This document shows, one piece after another, positions 37,758 to 48,140 of a DNA stretch of 62,375 nucleotides (the stretch's first letter is position 1; each line of letters starts with the position of its first letter). The translations under genes and the position numbers were made by a program. Source of the DNA: Patescibacteria group bacterium (GTDB taxonomy: Bacteria > Patescibacteriota > Microgenomatia > UBA12405). Below the pieces are notes generated by a model. That model was not told the origin of the DNA. It did not search any database and saw only the letters and a list, made by a program, of their open reading frames with translations. The stretch is from assembly GCA_018902845.1 (NCBI GenBank), contig JAHIPV010000004.1:1-62375 (forward strand). Direction: 5' to 3'.

Positions 37758-38717
37758 CTACAGTCTTCTTCCTTTTTTCTCCCACTTAAACAAAACACCC
37801 AAAGATTGTCCGGTATGTATTCGTTTAATAATTTTTGCCAAAAGAGAAGCTATCGATAATATTTCCATTTTAGCAAAACGTTTTTCTTTGCTAATTGGTA
37901 CCGAATCAAGAAATAAAACTTTATCAACACAGCTTTTTTGTAAATTTTCACTTGCTTTTCCTGATAGCAATCCATGTGTGGCACAAACAATTATTTTTTT
38001 AGCACCCCGTTCTTTAAGTACCTCTGCCGCCACTACTATCGATCCGCCGGTATCGATTATATCGTCTATAATTACAGCGATTTTTCCTTTTACTTCACCT
38101 ACTACATGGGCCACCTCCGCGCAATTATGTTTTTTTCTGATTTTATCGATTACAGCTATTGGTAAGCCCAGCAAATCTGCCATTTTATTGGCTCGTTTTA
38201 ATCCACCGATATCCGGTGATACCACCACCATGTCCTTATAACGCTTTTTCTTTAAATATTTTGCAAATAATGGATATCCTACAAAATGGTCTACAGGAAT
38301 ATCATAAAAACCTTGGATTTGGTCAGCGTGTAAATCTATTGTCAACAATCTATCGGCTCCGGCTTTGCTAATCAGATTAGCCACCAACTTTGCCGTGATT
38401 GGTTCCCTTGAATCGGCCTTTCTGTCTTGGCGGGAATAACAAATAAAAGGGCAAATAAGATTAATTCTTCCTGCTGATGCTCGTTTTAACGCATCTACCA
38501 ATATCAAAAGTTCCATCAGATTATCATTAACAGGGGACACCAGGCTTTGAATTACAAAAACATCATTGCCTCTTACTTTTTTACCTACCCGAACATAAAT
38601 TTCCCCACTGGCAAAGTTTTTTATTTCTACCGGAGACAAGGGGATTTTTACCAACCGCGCTACTTTTTTGGCCAAAACAGGATGAGATCTACCAGAAATC
38701 AATTGTAATTTCCTCAT
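37758..38717 (-). CDS. prs: ribose-phosphate pyrophosphokinase
   Basis: 319 aa with NFASGEIYVRV, the PRPP-binding loop VIIDDIIDTGGS, and YSRQDRK. Confidence 0.9.
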   Translation of the reverse strand: MRKLQLISGRSHPVLAKKVARLVKIPLSPVEIKNFASGEIYVRVGKKVRGNDVFVIQSLVSPVNDNLMELLILVDALKRASAGRINLICPFICYSRQDRKADSREPITAKLVANLISKAGADRLLTIDLHADQIQGFYDIPVDHFVGYPLFAKYLKKKRYKDMVVVSPDIGGLKRANKMADLLGLPIAVIDKIRKKHNCAEVAHVVGEVKGKIAVIIDDIIDTGGSIVVAAEVLKERGAKKIIVCATHGLLSGKASENLQKSCVDKVLFLDSVPISKEKRFAKMEILSIASLLAKIIKRIHTGQSLGVLFKWEKKGRRL

Positions 38718-38737
38718 CTATTTCTATTCTAACACCT

Positions 38738-39898
38738 TCACTCTCCAATAATAAAAAGTTCTTCTTCTGCTCTTGTCACTCCCGTATATAGCCACCTTCT
38801 CCACATTTCTTCATCCATTTTTGAAAACCTTTCCTCAAAAAGAATTACTCGTTTAGCCTGTCCTCCTTGAGCTTTATGAACCGTCAAGGCATAACCAAAA
38901 TCCATCAAATCTCCTTTTAAAGTTTTCGATCTCCTTTTTCCAAAATTCATTGCATCTTGTTTGCCAAACTGCTCTGCCAAAATCAATCCGCTATAAATGC
39001 CGGTTTCGTCGTCCATTTTAATTTCAGTTTCATACCACTCTTCATTTTTTTTACCAATATTTTCAATGGTTCCCAACATTCCATTAAAAACCTGAGACTC
39101 GTGATTATTTCGCAAACAAATTATTCTGTCACCGCTTGCAGGGGCAGGCGATTCAAACCCCAGCGCCTCTCTTATAAAATTATTCAATTTCACTCGTGTC
39201 CAATTATAGCCACACAAAATCAAGGTCTCTTTATTGTAATTTCTTAATAATTCCTCCGATCTTTCCTGAGCATCTATACTGTTTTTTTTCATTTTTACCA
39301 CCCGGTTGTCATAGTTGCACACAGGAATTCTTCCCGTTTCCCTAGCTAAAATCGACAGTTTAATAATCGGATTATCTTCGGCCTGTCTGTGAATTTTGCT
39401 AAGTTTTAAAGTCGGTTTTTCCATTAAATTAAAATTTCCTCTGATTGGAGGCAATTGTCCATGATCTCCCACCGCAATAATCCTTATTCCAAAAGAGCAC
39501 AAATCCATCCAAATCATTTCATCTACCATCGAAGCTTCATCAATAATTATCAAATCTCTGTCCAATTTATCCTTTTTTTTCCACCCAGTAATTTCTTTTT
39601 TGCTGTTTACGATAGGTGAATAAATTAAAGAGTGTATCGTGCTTACACTATCTTCGTCATATAAAGACTTGGACTCAATTAATTTATTTTTCAACACCCT
39701 CGTCGCTTTGCCGGTATAACTGCAAAAAGCAATCTCCATTTTTTTATTCAATCTAGTTAGTTCTTTCCGAAACACAGAAATCAAAGTCGTTTTTCCTGTC
39801 CCCGCATACCCTCCCAAAGTAATATATTGGCTATTATTTCCATTAAACCACCCCATCAAACTCCCCAAAGCCTTTTTCTGATCTATCGACAATTCCAT
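38738..39898 (-). CDS. RecD/Dda-like SF1B helicase (AAA_30 + UvrD_C_2)
   Basis: Walker A GYAGTGKTT, Walker B IIIDEASMV, GDHGQLPP, and ALTVHKAQGGQAKRV. Confidence 0.75.
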   Translation of the reverse strand: MELSIDQKKALGSLMGWFNGNNSQYITLGGYAGTGKTTLISVFRKELTRLNKKMEIAFCSYTGKATRVLKNKLIESKSLYDEDSVSTIHSLIYSPIVNSKKEITGWKKKDKLDRDLIIIDEASMVDEMIWMDLCSFGIRIIAVGDHGQLPPIRGNFNLMEKPTLKLSKIHRQAEDNPIIKLSILARETGRIPVCNYDNRVVKMKKNSIDAQERSEELLRNYNKETLILCGYNWTRVKLNNFIREALGFESPAPASGDRIICLRNNHESQVFNGMLGTIENIGKKNEEWYETEIKMDDETGIYSGLILAEQFGKQDAMNFGKRRSKTLKGDLMDFGYALTVHKAQGGQAKRVILFEERFSKMDEEMWRRWLYTGVTRAEEELFIIGE

Positions 39899-39908
39899 GT
39901 AGATTACT

Positions 39909-40154
39909 TTAGCAGTTTTCTATCTCTTCGTTTACAGTTTCAATCAAAAGGGTATGTACAATTTGTACCCACCCTTTTTTTAATTCAGGATCGCGCAATC
40001 TCATTCTTTGAATATATTGTTTTGCATCACCCGAATCGATCAAAGCTAGAACCACATCCTCAACTACAAACCACCATTCTTTTTTATAAATCCTCTTTCT
40101 AGCCTTTTTACCCTTAAAAATCGAAATTTTTGTATTCTTTACCACTTCGTCCAT
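39909..40154 (-). CDS. short Bro-N-domain protein (N-terminal paralog of 41700..42524)
   Basis: RKRIYKKEWWFVVEDVVLALIDS aligns with IRRIWFKKQWYFSVVDIIQALTDS of the 274-aa protein. Confidence 0.55.
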   Translation of the reverse strand: MDEVVKNTKISIFKGKKARKRIYKKEWWFVVEDVVLALIDSGDAKQYIQRMRLRDPELKKGWVQIVHTLLIETVNEEIENC

Positions 40155-40224
40155 AATCGTCTGTTAATTATTAATATTCTTCATTTTATACCCGAATAAA
40201 ACCCAAAATCAACCAACAAAAAAA

Positions 40225-41613
40225 TTAGTTTTTCCTTACCGGTTCAGACACCACTTTCTTTTGCGTAACCTCATAAAATCCCATCTTTCCACTATTTCTA
40301 CCTATACCAGACATCTTATATCCTCCAAAAGGTGAGTTGTCAGAAAAGTAAGATGTATTATTGATACTTATCTGTCCTGCCTCAATTTTCAAAGCCACTC
40401 TTTTTAATTGCTCAAAATCACTTCCGTAAACAAAAGCGCTCAATCCATAAATTGTCTTATTTGCCAATTCTATTGCTTCTTTTTCTGTCTTAAATGACAA
40501 TATCGGCAAAACAGGCCCGAAAACTTCTTCTGTCAAGACTTTCATATCCATAATTAGATTTGTCAAAATAGTTGGTTTATAAAATGCACCATTTAAATCA
40601 CCAACAACATCTCCTCCAGTAATCACTGTTGAGCCTTTCTTTTTTGCATCTTCTACTTGCTCGATTAACAAATCCAATTGTCTCTTGGTAACCAGAGGAC
40701 CAATATCAGTGTTTTTATCCATCGGATCCCCAACCTTCATGCTCTCAACAGCTTTTTTCATTCTTTCTATCACTTCACTATAAATGCTTTCATGAACAAT
40801 CAATCTTTTTAAAGCACAACAAACTTGCCCACAGCACAAAAACCTTTCCGCAAGGGCGTGCTTGCACGCCATATCCAAATTTGCGTCTTTAAAAATTATC
40901 CCAGGGGAAGAACCGCCCATTTCTAAAGTTGCTGGAATAAATTTCAAAGCAGCTTTTTCATATAAATAACGTCCTATTTTTGTACTGCCGGTAAAATGAA
41001 TAGCGTCAATGGCTTGATTAGTCAGCATGTCTCCTACCTTTCCATCCCCATAAACTTCACTGAATACACCTTCGGGAAATCCCGCCTCTTCCATAATTTC
41101 TTCCAATATTTTTCCGGTTAAAGGACATTCTTCCGAATGCTTGAAAACAATGGTATTTCCAGCCAGCAATGGTTGAATACATGAAATAAAAAAGTTAGAT
41201 GATGGAAAATTCCATGGAACAATCACCACCATTATCCCATACGGTTCAAAGTACAAAATATTTTTTTGAGTTTCACTCTCATCCAATATTTCAGGTTTCA
41301 ACACTTCTCTGGCAATTCTTATGTTGTTTTCAATGCCAAAAAGATCAAACTCCACATCTTCCCGACTCTCTTTTATAACTTTTCCAACTTCTTTAGTTTG
41401 TATTTCGGCTACTTCTTCACCTCTTTTTTTATAAACAGCCATAAGTTTCTCAAAATAGGGTATTCGATCTTCTAAAGACATCTCTTTCCATCCAAGCTTA
41501 GCTTTTTGTGCCTTGTTTACCTTTTCTATAATTTCTTCTTCTCTGGAAATTTCCACTTCATCAATTTTTTCGTAATTTCTGGCAGGATTAGTTGATATTA
41601 GTTTTTTAAGCAT
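40225..41613 (-). CDS. NAD(P)-dependent aldehyde dehydrogenase
   Basis: 462 aa with VPWNFP, catalytic ELGG-like LEMGGSSP, and the GQVCCA cysteine motif. Confidence 0.9.
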   Translation of the reverse strand: MLKKLISTNPARNYEKIDEVEISREEEIIEKVNKAQKAKLGWKEMSLEDRIPYFEKLMAVYKKRGEEVAEIQTKEVGKVIKESREDVEFDLFGIENNIRIAREVLKPEILDESETQKNILYFEPYGIMVVIVPWNFPSSNFFISCIQPLLAGNTIVFKHSEECPLTGKILEEIMEEAGFPEGVFSEVYGDGKVGDMLTNQAIDAIHFTGSTKIGRYLYEKAALKFIPATLEMGGSSPGIIFKDANLDMACKHALAERFLCCGQVCCALKRLIVHESIYSEVIERMKKAVESMKVGDPMDKNTDIGPLVTKRQLDLLIEQVEDAKKKGSTVITGGDVVGDLNGAFYKPTILTNLIMDMKVLTEEVFGPVLPILSFKTEKEAIELANKTIYGLSAFVYGSDFEQLKRVALKIEAGQISINNTSYFSDNSPFGGYKMSGIGRNSGKMGFYEVTQKKVVSEPVRKN

Positions 41614-41699
41614 TTTTTTTATTTCTTGACAATTCTACTATAGTCTACCATCCTAATTCTCTGATTGACTTCGTATTTTATTCGGGTATAGAATAAAAC

Positions 41700-42524
41700 A
41701 TGGACAATAAACTAACGTCAAATTCTCAGCCGGTAATTTTTCAGCAAAAAGAAATCAGAAGAATATGGTTCAAAAAACAATGGTATTTTTCTGTTGTTGA
41801 TATTATTCAAGCCCTGACTGACAGCGTCAATCCAAGAAACTATTGGCACAAAATGAAAAAAAGAGAAAAAAGGGAAACCCGGTTTCAGTTGTCGACAATT
41901 TGTCGACAACTGAAATTAATATCTTCAGATGGTAAAAAATATCTTACCGACTGTGCCAATGTTCAAAATACTTTAAGAATCATCCAGTCCATTCCCAGTA
42001 AAAAAGCAGAACCATTCAAACTTTGGCTTGCCAAAGTCGGCAAAGAAAGGATAGAAGAAATCCAAAATCCGGAATTAGCCATGGCCCGTATGAAAAATTT
42101 ATACCGCCAAAAAGGCTACCCTGAAAATTGGATTGAAAAAAGAGCCAGAGGTATAGCCATAAGAAATGAGTTAACCGATGAATGGAAAAACCGCCATGTA
42201 TATCATAGCCTAGAATTCGCCATATTAACCAACGAAATCATGAACGAAACTTTTGGAATGAAAGTCGGGCAATACAAAAAATATAAAAAGTTAAAAAAAG
42301 AAAATTTACGGGACCACATGGATGACATGGAGTTAATATTTACCATGTTGGCCGAAGCCACCACAACCAGAATTACCCGCAAAAAAAATTCAAAAGGTTT
42401 TCCAAAACTAAAAAAAGATGCCAAACAGGGCGGTCAAGTAGCTGGCAGAGCCAGAAAAGATGTTGAACAAAAAATAGGTGAAAAAATCACCTCACCCCAA
42501 AACTTTTTTCACCACCTCATTTAA
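41700..42524 (+). CDS. Bro-N / DinD-like (DNA-damage-inducible protein D family) protein
   Basis: N-terminal Bro-N segment. The C-terminal half (FAILTNEI...LRDHMDDMEL...AGRARKDVEQKIG) resembles E. coli DinD from memory. Confidence 0.65.
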   Translation: MDNKLTSNSQPVIFQQKEIRRIWFKKQWYFSVVDIIQALTDSVNPRNYWHKMKKREKRETRFQLSTICRQLKLISSDGKKYLTDCANVQNTLRIIQSIPSKKAEPFKLWLAKVGKERIEEIQNPELAMARMKNLYRQKGYPENWIEKRARGIAIRNELTDEWKNRHVYHSLEFAILTNEIMNETFGMKVGQYKKYKKLKKENLRDHMDDMELIFTMLAEATTTRITRKKNSKGFPKLKKDAKQGGQVAGRARKDVEQKIGEKITSPQNFFHHLI

Positions 42525-43124
42525 ACTACTAATCCTATTCAACCCCAAACCCTCATCACTTTTTTGTCTATCAAGCCAATACACCGTCAAATCTTTTCTT
42601 TTTAACAATTCTTCTACAACATATTTTTTATCGTCAACAACAATAGCTCCAAAGGGCAATGAATCAATTACTTTTTTTTTAAGTTTTCTCCTGTAAATAC
42701 CAATATAATTATTGTCAAAAAATTTAAATATTCCAGAATTAATCAATTTTGTAATTTGATATTTTTTTTGTCCTTCAGAAAATATTCCCAAAATACATTT
42801 CTTTTTCAATTTTTCCAAAACCTCAACCGTTTCAGTAAAAAGCGACTTGTAATAGCTATCTTTTTTTTCAAAAATAATCTTCTTCAGTAAAATCGAACTA
42901 ACCTTAAAATTATCGGTCAACAATTCTGAAAGTTCATCGGGATTAAAATCGGTTGAAGAGTTTAAGCTCTTGACATATCTATTCAAAATTTTTTCAAACT
43001 TTTCATTGCTCGTATTACAAGCTTGCACAATCTTTTTTGTACATAACCGTCCAATCTTCTCAGAGTCAATTAATGTATTATCAATATCAAACAAAACAAT
43101 TTTTTTATCTTTTTTACTCATCAC
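42492..43124 (-). CDS. HAD-superfamily hydrolase
   Basis: VLFDIDNTLIDS motif I. Confidence 0.65.
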   Translation of the reverse strand: MMSKKDKKIVLFDIDNTLIDSEKIGRLCTKKIVQACNTSNEKFEKILNRYVKSLNSSTDFNPDELSELLTDNFKVSSILLKKIIFEKKDSYYKSLFTETVEVLEKLKKKCILGIFSEGQKKYQITKLINSGIFKFFDNNYIGIYRRKLKKKVIDSLPFGAIVVDDKKYVVEELLKRKDLTVYWLDRQKSDEGLGLNRISSLNEVVKKVLG

Positions 43125-43767
43125 ACCTCAAACTTTCTCTACACTCAAGTCTCCCGTCTTCGTCTGTTATCATGTCGCAAGTTCCGCACATTGATTTTGC
43201 CGATTCCTGCGCTTTTTCAATCTCAGCATTCATGTCCTTAAACTCAATATCACTCGGTACTTCAAAAATAGAATCATCTGTCCTCCACTCCTCGCATTTA
43301 TAATCCATTTTTGTATCTATATTATTGCTATCCTCATAGCTCATTCCGCCGTAATCTGCACCCGTGTCATCGACTTCTTCTTCATTTTTATCCCAACCCT
43401 CAGCTTTCATTTTCATGCCATTGCTACCTTCCGAAGACCAAGTATAAGTCCATTCTCCATCACTAACAAAATAGCTTTCTATCTCTTCTCCGTCTGTTCC
43501 AATATTTTTAAAATCACCTCGCACTTTCTTGCCCGAAACATAAGTAATTCCGGACGCACTGCTATTTTCGTTTTTAACTTCATAAGCGCATTTCACCGGC
43601 TTTCCCTTTAATACCAAATCTCTCAAAGACCCGCTAAACAAACCGTTTTCTTCCTCTGATACCGTAATTTTACCCCCATTACTCTCCGGAACTTGTTTCT
43701 TTTTGACACATCCGCCCAACATTAATCCAGTTAACATCAACAACGCCAATATTTTTATTTTTTTCAT
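43114..43767 (-). CDS. lipoprotein, hypothetical
   Basis: Signal peptide with lipobox LGGC. 217 aa, acidic. Confidence 0.6.
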   Translation of the reverse strand: MKKIKILALLMLTGLMLGGCVKKKQVPESNGGKITVSEEENGLFSGSLRDLVLKGKPVKCAYEVKNENSSASGITYVSGKKVRGDFKNIGTDGEEIESYFVSDGEWTYTWSSEGSNGMKMKAEGWDKNEEEVDDTGADYGGMSYEDSNNIDTKMDYKCEEWRTDDSIFEVPSDIEFKDMNAEIEKAQESAKSMCGTCDMITDEDGRLECRESLRCDE

Positions 43768-43841
43768 ATGCCCTTAATTTATCAAATTTATATTACAATT
43801 TCATCAATTAAATCAAGATTGTAAATATCATTTACCGTGTC

Positions 43842-43886
43842 GTCATCCTGAGTCCGATTCATCGGACGAAGGATCTAGCGTTAGCG
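43842..43886 (+). repeat. family A repeat with inner hairpin GTCCGA-TTCA-TCGGAC
   Basis: GTCATCCTGAGTCCGATTCATCGGACGAAGGATCTAGCGTTAGCG. Confidence 0.85.
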
Positions 43887-43928
43887 TTTTTTCAACAATC
43901 TTTTCAATCATAATTCCCATTTTATCAT

Positions 43929-43958
43929 CTTGACGGATATACACCATAGTCCATATAA
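43929..43958 (+). promoter_or_regulatory. sigma70-like promoter for the RHH-PIN pair (TTGACG-18 nt-TATAAT)
   Basis: TTGACG at 43929-43934 and TATAAT at 43953-43958, 7 nt upstream of ATG 43966. Confidence 0.45.
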
Positions 43959-43965
43959 TGTATAT

Positions 43966-44214
43966 ATGAACAGATATCAAATCTATTTAAACTCAGGCAC
44001 GGTATCTATTTTTGACAACCTTGCCGACGAATTAAACACATCAAGGTCAAGAATTATTCAAGATGTTTTAGATCGCATAGCCATAGAATATAAAAAAATA
44101 CTTAATGTGCAAATTGCCTTAAAAACCAAAAATAATCCATTGCTAAAAATGGCAGGCTTTGCCAAATCAAAAAAAAACAATTTATCCAAGGATGTTGATT
44201 CTATCTACAAATGA
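43966..44214 (+). CDS. ribbon-helix-helix (CopG-like) antitoxin
   Basis: Start moved to MNRYQIYLNSGTV...SRSRIIQDVLDRIA (RHH pattern). 4-nt overlap with the PIN gene. Confidence 0.65.
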   Translation: MNRYQIYLNSGTVSIFDNLADELNTSRSRIIQDVLDRIAIEYKKILNVQIALKTKNNPLLKMAGFAKSKKNNLSKDVDSIYK

Positions 44215-44630
44215 AACACAAAATATTTGTTGACACATGTGCCTGGTTAGCTCATTTTCTAAAAAACGACATTAATCATAAGATAGCAAAAAATTTTCTA
44301 AAACAAGAAATCAAAAAAAATTCGCTTATATGTACATCGAATTATGTTATTGATGAAGCAGTTACCAGACTGAGATACGATAGTGGGTGGTCAAATACCT
44401 CAAAATTTATTGAATTTATCAAAAACAGTATAAAAAGCAATTGTTTAATCGAATTTTTTGTTGATGAACAAATCGAATTGGACAGTTTTAATCTATTAAA
44501 AAAATATACAGACAAGAAATTATCTCTCACGGATGCCAGTATAATCGCTATTTGCAAAAAATATAAAATCCATACAATTTTTACATTCGATTCTGATTTT
44601 CAAAAACTAGGAATTTCAATATCTCCTTAA
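44211..44630 (+). CDS. PIN-domain toxin
   Basis: IFVDTCAWLAHF... and ...SLTDASIIAICKKY...TFDSDF. Confidence 0.8.
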   Translation: MKHKIFVDTCAWLAHFLKNDINHKIAKNFLKQEIKKNSLICTSNYVIDEAVTRLRYDSGWSNTSKFIEFIKNSIKSNCLIEFFVDEQIELDSFNLLKKYTDKKLSLTDASIIAICKKYKIHTIFTFDSDFQKLGISISP

Positions 44631-45694
44631 TGAAAAAAACTTTCTTGTTTTTAACAGTAATTCTTCTTTCTCTTTTTCTTTTTTATTTCTTTTCACTCAA
44701 ATCAAACAAATCAAAGACCCATCTTTCTTCTCCACTATCTCAAATTACAAAAACAATACCCACCCCCACCCCCACACCAAAAATCCAAGCCTCTCTAATA
44801 GCCGTCGGTGATATTATGCTCTCTCGTACAGTCGCCCAAAAAATAAAACAAAATAGTCCCGACTATCCATTTACAAAAACAGCAGACTTTTTACAATCAG
44901 CCGATTTACTTTTTGCCAACTTAGAAACCTCTTTAACAGAAGGTCGGGCCATAAACAGCGGTGAAATGCTTTTTAGAGCCGACCCAACTCTAGCTCAAAC
45001 TCTAAAAAAGTATAATTTTTCTATTCTGTCTCTAGCCAATAACCACACTCCTAATTTTGGCAACAAAGGATTGCTGGATACTTTTCAATATCTCTCCCAA
45101 GCTGGTATCAAATATGTTGGCGCCGGCCAAAATCAAACCAAGGCCGCCCAACCTCAATACATAAAAAAAAATGGCATTAAATTCGCCTTTTTAGCCTACA
45201 ACGACTCTGATGTAGTTCCGCTTTCTTATTTTGCCACCCCAAACAGCCCCGGTACTAATCCTATGAATCTTGATAGTCTAAAATCTCACATAAAAACAGC
45301 CAAACAAAAAGCTGATTTTGTTATTGTCTCCATGCACTCGGGCAATGAATACGTCAACAATCCCAATCAATCGCAAATAAATTTTGCTCATACAGCCATT
45401 GATGCTGGGGCCGAAATTGTCATCGGCCACCATCCCCATACTATTCAAATATTAGAAAAATACAAAAATAAATTTATTTTTTATAGTCTTGGTAATTTTA
45501 TTTTTGATCAAATGTGGTCACAGCAAACCAGACAAGGTTTGGCCATAAAAATATTTTTTAATCAAAATGAAATAGAAAAAATCGACCTGATCCCAGTCCT
45601 GATTAATGATTATTGCCAACCCCAAATTATTACCGACCAAACTTACTCCCAAAAAATTCTAAAAAAACTAAACTACGATCTCACCAAGCTATGA
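44630..45694 (+). CDS. CapA-family (PGA_cap metallophosphatase-like) protein
   Basis: AVGDIMLSR, ANLETSL, LANNHTPNFG, HSGNEY, and GHHPH motifs. Confidence 0.8.
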   Translation: MKKTFLFLTVILLSLFLFYFFSLKSNKSKTHLSSPLSQITKTIPTPTPTPKIQASLIAVGDIMLSRTVAQKIKQNSPDYPFTKTADFLQSADLLFANLETSLTEGRAINSGEMLFRADPTLAQTLKKYNFSILSLANNHTPNFGNKGLLDTFQYLSQAGIKYVGAGQNQTKAAQPQYIKKNGIKFAFLAYNDSDVVPLSYFATPNSPGTNPMNLDSLKSHIKTAKQKADFVIVSMHSGNEYVNNPNQSQINFAHTAIDAGAEIVIGHHPHTIQILEKYKNKFIFYSLGNFIFDQMWSQQTRQGLAIKIFFNQNEIEKIDLIPVLINDYCQPQIITDQTYSQKILKKLNYDLTKL

Positions 45695-45900
45695 CCCACT
45701 TCTTCTCTTTCTCTTTCTTCTCAACAATCTCACTGGCACCCTTACTGTCGGCAACTCTCCCGTCTTAAAGTACGCCGTTTCAAACGCTTTTACTGCCGCA
45801 GGTGGCGGTGTCCGCCCGTGATAATGTTGCTCTAAAAAATTACCATCCTTTATTTCTACTATTGTTCTCGCCATGTCCTCATAATATCACACTTACAAAA

Positions 45901-47337
45901 ATGTTAAAATCCTTCATGCCAAATAAATCAAACAAATCTCAAGCATCCAAACTTTCCCTAAAACGCCAGTTTTGTTTTGACAAATGGAGCAGTACCACTA
46001 TTAATAAAGCTTACAAATTTTCCGATGATTACAAAACTTTTTTAACCAACAACAAAACCGAAAGGGAAGTGGTGGAAACGGTTACAAAATTATTAACAAA
46101 AAACAATTTCACCCAAATTAATTTCACAAACAAACCCCCCAAAAACTGGAAAAAGTTATTTTTAGTCAATCGCCACAAAGCCCTCATTTTTGCCATTAAA
46201 GGCAAAAAATCGACATCCTCGGGTATTAATGTCATTGCTTCTCATATTGATTCGCCTCGTCTTGACATAAAACTAACTCCAATTTATGAAAAAGAACATT
46301 TAGCCTACATGAAAACTCATTACTATGGTGGTATCAAAACTTATCAATGGACCACTCTGCCACTAGAGCTTAGAGGAGTAGTGGTTTTGGAAAATGGCCA
46401 AAGAATAAAAATCAATATTGGTTCTAAGTCAACCGATCCTGTTTTTATTATTACCGATCTTCTGCCTCATCTCTCCGAAAAACAAATGGAACTAAAACTA
46501 AAAGATGCCATCATGGGTGAAAATTTAAATTTACTTATTGGTTCCAACTCAACAAAAAATAAACAATCTAAACAGAAAGTCAAAGACAATATTCTAAATT
46601 TATTAAACCAAAAATATGCCATCAAAGAAGAAGATTTAATTAGCGCCGATCTCGAAATTGTTCCCGCCGGTTCGGCCAGAGACATAGGCTTTGATTCATC
46701 CATGATTGCAGGTTATGGACAAGATGATCGTGTTTGCGCTTATGCTTCCATCCAGGCCGCTTTGAATATAAAAAATCCAGACAAAACTACCGTAGTTATT
46801 TTTCTCGACCGTGAAGAAATAGGTTCTTATGGCAACACCGGCGCCATTTCATCTTTTTCCAAAGATTTTATTGCTTCACTTTTGGCCGCCGAAACTAACC
46901 AGTTTGACGAAAACCAGCTTCGTGACTGCCTGTCCGCCTCGTCTGCCATTTCAGCCGATGTCACTGCCGCTTTTGATCCTCACTTTGCTGATGTTTCTGA
47001 TCCTATTACTGCCGTTCGCATGGGTGCTGGATTAGTTTTAGAAAAATACACCGGTGGCAGGGGAAAGGGTGGTAGCAATGAAGCCTCAGCTGAGTATATG
47101 GCCAAAATCAGAAAAATTCTAAATAGCAACAAAGAAATTATCTGGCAAGCCGCTTCCGGAACTGGTAAAGTCGATTTTAGGGGTGGAGGAACGGTATCTA
47201 TATTTTTCTCTCAACATAATATGGATGTTGTTGATGCCGGCATCGCTCTTTTTAACATGCATGCTCCTTTTGAAGTCGCTCACAAAGGGGATATTTATTC
47301 CGCTTATCTAGCCTTTAAGCAATTTTTACTCAGCTAA
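45901..47337 (+). CDS. M18-family aminopeptidase
   Basis: Start moved to MLKSFMP (ATG 45901). SHIDSPRLDIK, DDRVCAY, and DREEIGS motifs. Confidence 0.8.
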   Translation: MLKSFMPNKSNKSQASKLSLKRQFCFDKWSSTTINKAYKFSDDYKTFLTNNKTEREVVETVTKLLTKNNFTQINFTNKPPKNWKKLFLVNRHKALIFAIKGKKSTSSGINVIASHIDSPRLDIKLTPIYEKEHLAYMKTHYYGGIKTYQWTTLPLELRGVVVLENGQRIKINIGSKSTDPVFIITDLLPHLSEKQMELKLKDAIMGENLNLLIGSNSTKNKQSKQKVKDNILNLLNQKYAIKEEDLISADLEIVPAGSARDIGFDSSMIAGYGQDDRVCAYASIQAALNIKNPDKTTVVIFLDREEIGSYGNTGAISSFSKDFIASLLAAETNQFDENQLRDCLSASSAISADVTAAFDPHFADVSDPITAVRMGAGLVLEKYTGGRGKGGSNEASAEYMAKIRKILNSNKEIIWQAASGTGKVDFRGGGTVSIFFSQHNMDVVDAGIALFNMHAPFEVAHKGDIYSAYLAFKQFLLS

Positions 47338-47340
47338 TTT

Positions 47341-47637
47341 CTAAATTCTCTTTTGTGGGAGCATTACTGAACGAGCTTGTTGTCCCGTATTATCCATTGT
47401 TCCTCTAGACATAACCGCCTTACCACCAGAAGCATCAACTAGTTTTCGTTTTTTGCTAACATGTTCTAAACCACGATTGCTCGCTCCATTTCGTCGACTA
47501 TTATCATAAAAAAACACTTTTCCGTTACTTCCCCCACAATCTCTAGGCAACCAAATCCCGAGCTTTGCACTTCTAAACGTCAATTCCGTCATTTCCTCCA
47601 AAGAAAGCGCTTTTTCTGTGTATTCCATCATAAGCAA
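47341..47637 (-). CDS. hypothetical protein
   Basis: 98-aa ORF with no overlap with neighbours. No motif recognised. Confidence 0.4.
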   Translation of the reverse strand: MLMMEYTEKALSLEEMTELTFRSAKLGIWLPRDCGGSNGKVFFYDNSRRNGASNRGLEHVSKKRKLVDASGGKAVMSRGTMDNTGQQARSVMLPQKRI

Positions 47638-47684
47638 ATTATACTACTTATTCCCCAATAATCAATACTATAAGACAATTATTC

Positions 47685-48044
47685 TTATTCTTTGACTATG
47701 TGTCTTGTCATCACCATGAATGTATCCGTAACCCTCACCATCCCTCTTGGTACTGACTCCGCGCCCCAGTCTATAGGCTCTCCAACTTGAGCCAAAGTCC
47801 CCATCGGATCTTTTGATTCAATATCCAGATGAACCCTTGGTGGTCTTCCATCTGGCCACAATTGAACTTCAAACTCAACCTCATCACCAATCTCAAAAAA
47901 TATTCGCCGATGATCTTCGACCGGTCTTGCCTCTCCTCTAATACCCAAATCTCTCATTGCTACTACAATTGCACCATATTCTTCTTCACTAACTACATTT
48001 ATTCCAACATGAGTTACTCTAATTCCTTGTTTTGTTTCTGTCAT
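47685..48044 (-). CDS. small VOC/glyoxalase-like protein (tentative)
   Basis: 119 aa. THVGINV...FEVQLW pattern is weakly reminiscent of the VOC fold. Confidence 0.4.
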   Translation of the reverse strand: MTETKQGIRVTHVGINVVSEEEYGAIVVAMRDLGIRGEARPVEDHRRIFFEIGDEVEFEVQLWPDGRPPRVHLDIESKDPMGTLAQVGEPIDWGAESVPRGMVRVTDTFMVMTRHIVKE

Positions 48045-48140
48045 TTTTTTTTATTAATTTTTAACTTTTCGCGATTATAGGACTTTCGATTTATACTGTC
48101 AAAGTTGACGAACACTTCCGACAGTGATAGACTTTATCCC

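Noticed and set aside
45689-45874. 61-aa minus-strand ORF in the spacer between capA and the aminopeptidase gene.
   Set aside because: It has no recognisable motif, overlaps the capA stop, and has a basic low-complexity tail. It is possibly real, but the evidence is insufficient to call.
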